DNA of 61,588 nucleotides, counting the filler, from Sphacelaria rigidula (taxonomy: Eukaryota): the NCBI GenBank assembly GCA_964200075.2. It is 5 parts of 5 records of this genome, joined end to end, with 100 filler letters (N's around TTAATTAATTAA, not from the genome) between each part and the next. Parts side by side here need not be neighbours in the genome. Positions count along the whole stretch, not along the records: positions 49,353 to 61,588 come from CAXNAA020003969.1; 4 more parts are not named here. One strand, 5' to 3'. A program made the position numbers and the translations under genes. The notes beneath the pieces are model-generated. The model did not search any database. It had not been told where the DNA came from and saw nothing but the letters and a program-made list of their open reading frames with translations. This document shows, in pieces, positions 56,647-61,588 of this stretch (positions are counted from its first letter, which is position 1; every line of letters starts with the position of its first letter).

Positions 56647-57656
56647 ACGAGCTGGGCCAGCCTAGAAACGGATCGAGGCTCTCAAAGCAATATCTCATCG
56701 ACTCAAATTCATATAAAACCCCAATCGATGCAATCAGCGGATGGCAACGACTTTCAGTCTGGACATTCCCCGGAGCACTGGGGGACGATAGATATCCTCA
56801 TGTTTACCTAATTCGTCATCTATCTCGAGATATGGCGCACATAGGGCTCCAAACTAAAATCGATATCGCGTCTCAGTTTTCGAGAGTTGTGCCATGAAAT
56901 TTCATATGGAGAGCCGCTAGGGCATAATGAAGCTAAAAAAACAGCTCTTTTCCTTTATTTATTTTTTCATTTATTTCGAATTTTGACGGCAGTTTTGAGG
57001 AGAAATGAACACTGCTCTCCGGCCTTATCCCAGTTGTTCAGCTCAATTTTTAGAGTTGTGATTTGAAACTTAGGATGAAGGACCGCAGAGGCATGCTAAA
57101 TGAAAAAAATGGACCTTCGTTTTTTTGGAGGGGAGAGGTTCGGACGTTCTCGTATAAAAATGTCCGTTCCCACGCTAAAACGCCCTACTAAACCAGTGAA
57201 AAATATATGAGTACTAACTTGAACCATTTGTTTGGTTCACTATCCCCAAGCGAGGTCCCACACAAAGTTTCAATACACAAACACTAAACGTGGGCCGGTA
57301 AGTGGCCTGCAAGATGCTGTTCTGAATTTCCACCGAGCCCGATACTAAACCGCTCATTTGTCGACCAATATTTTGAGTTGGCCCCTGAAATATGGTATGG
57401 ACAATGCACAGGGCACATGAAAAAAATTACGCATGTATTCTAACTTTTTTTTCTTCTAATAAATTAAGGGCAATAATCAGTTTTCAGGTAACAGTAAAAT
57501 GTTCTGAACTCATGAAAAAAAAAAATGGGTACATCGTAATTTTTTATATTGTGCCCTGTTCATTCTCCATACCAAATTTCAGGGTCCAACTCACAATATA
57601 TGGCCGACGAATGGGCGTGTAAACTACAAATCCGTCTCTAGGCTGGCCCAGCTCGT
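56647..57656. mobile_element. ~1-kb non-autonomous TIR element
   Basis: 27-bp TIRs acgagctgggccagcctagaaacggat / atccgtctctaggctggcccagctcgt (1 mismatch); AT-rich non-coding interior; related copies elsewhere in the window. Confidence 0.75.
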
Positions 57657-58029
57657 TGGTGACAGATGTCCCGGGGGCAGGATATGAAGAAGAGGCTTAT
57701 TGACGTATAAACGCACCTGCAGAAACGGGTAACGACAACCTTCACCGTCGAATAACACACACGGAGACACGCATTCACGTTCTCCACACACAGCAACAAG
57801 TAGGAAACATCGTACGCCGTCCACGAACACACACCCGGGAACACTCGTACCATTAGACAAAATATTATCGCGCCGCCCAATCACCCGAGGACACGGACAC
57901 ACGCCAGTGCTGGCAACCATGAGTCCAGCACTGTTGCACCGCAAAAACGCCCGTAACCGCAGTGACTATCGACATTTTCAATCCCACATCACGATAGAGG
58001 TATCTCAAGGTCGGCTCCCGGTATCCTGG

Positions 58030-58155
58030 TTTGTTCTGTCCTATTTTTTTCAAGTGAAAGTGATGCCGATTCATCAGATGATGAGACCGTTTGACTGCCA
58101 GGTTAGGTCCTCTCATGAATCGCGATCACTTTCACTTGAAAAAACAGGACACAAC
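58030..58155. repeat. Inverted repeat related to the piggyBac-like MITE core
   Basis: gtcct.ttttttcaagtgaaagtgat..cgattcat / atgaatcg..atcactttcacttgaaaaaa..aggac. Confidence 0.7.
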
Positions 58156-58350
58156 TCATACTATGCAAAACACTGCCGGGAAAAGCGAGGCTCCTGAAAC
58201 CTCCTGAAGCGAAATGTCTAGCGGAATGGAAGCGGAACAACGTGTACTGTGATACTGTGAAATGAAGTAATGCTTGTAAGAGGTTGAGAGAACCGGGCAG
58301 AGACGCTGGGAAAGTCCACGACTCATGATAGCAGAGACGTTCTGGTCTGT

Positions 58351-59103
58351 GTTCTGGTCTGTACACCGGAAAAGTTCGCGACTCACAACAGTACGGGGAA
58401 ATGCTCGGTTCTCAAAGCTTCTGTAAACGTGCTGGGATTCTTACCAAAGACGGCGGAGCGATTGGAAGGCTTGTATGCGGTGTGAGGTGGACGAACGGAG
58501 GGTCTACTTCGACGGCGAGGAAAAAACGGCGGAACGAAATGGATGAAAACATCATGCAGAACACTGTCGGGAAAGCGATAAAAACTGATGCTCCCGAATC
58601 GACCTGAAGCGAAATGTCTAGCGGAATGGAAGCGGAAAACGTGTCAGAGGTTGAGAGAATGATGACCCCGTTTCGCTGTACTTCGCTGTACCCTAAAATC
58701 AAGTGAGAGGTTCTGTTTTGTGTTCTGGTCTGTACACCGGAGAAGTTCGCGATTCACTACAGTACGGGGAAATGCTCGGTTCTCAGAGCTTCTGTGAACG
58801 TTCTGGGGATTCTTACCAAAATCGGCGGAGCGATTGGAAGGCTTGTATGCGGTGTGGGGTGGACGAACGGAGGGTCTACTTCGACGGCGAGGAAAAAACG
58901 GCGGAACGAAATGGATGAAAACATCATGCAGAACACTGTCGGGAAAGCGATAAAAACTGATGCTCCCGAATCGACCTGAAGCAAAATATCTAGCGAAATG
59001 GAAGCGGAAAACGTGTCAGAGGTTGAGAGAACGATGACCCCGTTTCGCTGTACTTCGCTGTACTCTGAAATGGACGCGAAAAAATGTACTCTAAAATCAA
59101 GTG
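58351..59103 (+). repeat. 371-bp tandem duplication (two near-identical units, partial third at 58160-58290)
   Basis: gttctggtctgtacaccgga at 58351 and 58722; long identical stretches. Confidence 0.92.
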
Positions 59104-60364
59104 AAAAAGTGCACCTGCATCCAAGGCTCTTTAAAGGCGAAAAAGATGAAATAATTAATTGATACAAGGTTTTTGGCGCTTCGCGCCACCGCTCAATGGA
59201 GCGTTTCCTAACGCGAAGGGAAATGAGGAGTGCTGCTACCGGCATCAGCCGTCGCCCACATGGAGAAGTGCTGAGAGACGAATCCTTCAAGCAGCACACC
59301 TGGACAGATAGCACCCTGTAGGACACCTCTACAGGATTCAGCAGCGCTGTACAGCATTTGCGAACCCTAGTACCTCTGCCAGCATTTTGTATAGCGCTTT
59401 CTCGACACACTCACTGTGAGCAACCCTGTGGAGGCACTCCCAATTTGAAAATTTCAAATTATTTCATTACAAGATCATCTGTAGAAATTGTTTTCAGCAG
59501 AAGCTGTTCGAAATTTGTATTTTGCCCAATGTTTGGAATTGGGCGAAACGAGGATTTGCAGTGGCATGTTGCTGGAAATCCGCGTATGTAACCGCACATA
59601 CATATGATTCAGAGATAACTCGTTCCCTTCCTTTTGCCTCTTTGGACTTACAAACATCGTCGACGACGATAAAACTTGACCAAAAAAGAGCCGAAACGAG
59701 GCAGACGACATTGGTCCTGCACAACTGAAAAGATAACCGTGAAGCTCCACCCATTGTCCAACCGAGAAATCCACGCGAAATGAACGTATTTGACGTTTGA
59801 AAAAACGACAAACTCCGAACGACGATCAAGAATCGAAACGAGGCAAAAGACACAGATCGTACGGAACTAAACAATAACCGTCATTCTCCACCCGTCCTCC
59901 GCGTCTAAGGTATCTGCCCAAAATGAACTCACTTCAACCTCCAAACACGGACAAAACTCGACCGAAAATAAAGAATCTTGGCGACGCAGAAGACACTGAT
60001 CCTGCAGAAGCAAGAAGTACCCATGAAGGAATATGACAGCATCGACAGTATGAAGAAAAAATGCTGAAATCACTGTTGCCCGTCGATGAGACAACGTATG
60101 AGACCATCTTTAATAGCAACGAATCTCAACTTTTCCAGACAGGGCCGCAAATTCGTCAACTCAAAATCGAGGGGACCGTTCCATGGTACAGACGGTATCA
60201 TAGATTTGTGACATAGTTCTGTACACAGACGGACAATTTCTGCACGAGTGTGGTATTGCGTACTCGAGCATGACGCCGAAGAGCAGGCAGGCGGTGAATA
60301 ATCCTTCGACTACAGTGTCGTACCTTGGTTCCCTAGGGTAATACAATGCAGGACACTCCATTTG

Positions 60365-60850
60365 ATACAGTGCACGATCATACCGTGTGGTAGTACATGA
60401 TGGCACAGTCGGTATTGCGAGAAAAGTGAACAATCAGTGCGCGAGAAGAGTTCAGTAGTGCAGTGCTATATATCACCCCTCAAGTACAGCGACAACAGAC
60501 CAGAAGAGTTCAGTACCGTTTGTTATAATAGTGATACATATGGCAGCGCAGCGCAGCGCAGCGCAGCATCAAATATTTCCATCGCCGCAGGGTATGGCGT
60601 CAGACTCATTATCCGTTTGTCAAACCCCGTGCAAAGCTGCTTCAGTAGCTGGTGCGAGCAGGCACGCCCTGCGCTGTCACGAGACTGTCTTCTGCTGCCA
60701 TTGCAAAAGTATCAAACGCCTCCTACCCTACCATTGTGCGTCAATGCACACACGCCATCTCCTCAAAATCGGGGGGAATCACGATCTCGGAATGATCTCC
60801 CGATCTTTTTTTTTTTAATTAGGAGAAATCGTTTTGAGATCACCCCGATA
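60365..60850 (+). repeat. Interspersed repeat shared with PCNA intron (45195-45620)
   Basis: Same motif order; ends in small palindromes (atcgggggga..tctcccgat). Confidence 0.7.
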
Positions 60851-61109
60851 TTTTCTCCCTCGATTTGATCAATGAAATGCATTCCCCGAGTTTTTCCCCC
60901 CGACGTAAAAGAAGATGAGATTCGTGACTGCCATGAACAGAAAAGGTTGATTGATTGATTATCTCACTTTAGCTGATTGCAACAACCCAGCCCGTGGTGG
61001 TCAGGAGCAGCAGAAAAAACACAGTGACGAAAGAAAATAGAAGGGAAGAAACAGAAGAAGACCAAAGCAACGGCCCCAGAAAAGAAAAAGGAAAGGAAGC
61101 AGCGATGGT

Positions 61110-61277
61110 CTGAAACCCTTGATATCTCTGAGTAGGATATCGACGTGTAGCTGGAAGCACACGCCAGTGATGTAGTCAAAGCAAAGCACGTGGAATGAAA
61201 AATTGGCAAACTTGAAGCGAATGATAGAACCCACTCTCAAGCAATGTTCTACTCTCAATCTCACGAAACCATTGCTA
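61110..61277 (+). repeat. Partial ~290-bp MITE copy
   Basis: cttgatatc..aggatatcgacgtgtagctg.aagcacacgc ... ctactctcaatctcacgaaa. Confidence 0.75.
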
Positions 61278-61325
61278 CCTGCCTCTAACACACGATTGTG
61301 AGGTGGAAGGTCCCAAAAGGGTCAA

Positions 61326-61425
61326 CCCCTAGACCGTGAGGAGGGTAGTCTATGTGGATCACGCTTACTTTTTCAAGTGGAATTAATGCCGATTCAACAG
61401 GTGACCTACTCTCGCCGTCTAATGG
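61326..61425. mobile_element. piggyBac-like MITE copy
   Basis: TCAA-CCCCTAGACCG..gggtagtc..ggatcacgc..aatt(a)atgccgattcaacaggtgacctactctcg. Confidence 0.65.
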
Positions 61426-61588
61426 ACACTTTCTACGATAGCCCCCTTCCCAAAAGTGCATGGTTCTGGGAGGCAAAATCTTCACGTAAATCGAAATGGG
61501 GAAAGCCGCGCACAACGAGCAGCTGGGAATTCCCACGCTTGGGCTCGTTCTCGCCAATGTTGCCAATATGACGTGCTTCATGCAGCCT

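Noticed and set aside
49440-57050. Giant Pack-type transposon capturing the deiodinase-like exon between inverted copies
   Set aside because: The right copy is a self-contained element with its own TIR pair (56647-57656) and the two copies are substantially diverged; independent insertions are simpler

Overview
Eukaryotic, intron- and repeat-rich DNA. A brown alga (Phaeophyceae) is inferred from the gene architecture and gene content, not proven. The window is not one locus: it is five unrelated contigs sorted by length (12239, 12238, 12238, 12237, 12236 bp), joined by artificial 100-bp N44-TTAATTAATTAA-N44 spacers. Contigs 1 and 2 each carry a decayed copy of one Ty3/Gypsy chromovirus-like retrotransposon family. 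Both have a very long low-complexity gag leader, protease, RT, RNase H and integrase. Copy 1 ends in a chromodomain followed by a second Tudor/PWWP-like module. Contig 3 holds seven exons of a GAL4-type Zn(II)2Cys6 transcription factor, with one probable GC-AG intron and several intronic foldbacks, plus a tRNA-derived SINE and MITEs. Contig 4 holds a complete 6-exon PCNA gene (260 aa). Contig 5 holds the first exon of a signal-peptide-bearing, iodothyronine-deiodinase-like thioredoxin-fold protein among non-autonomous repeats. The best leads are the secreted deiodinase-like protein and the tandem chromo + Tudor/PWWP-like integrase tail.
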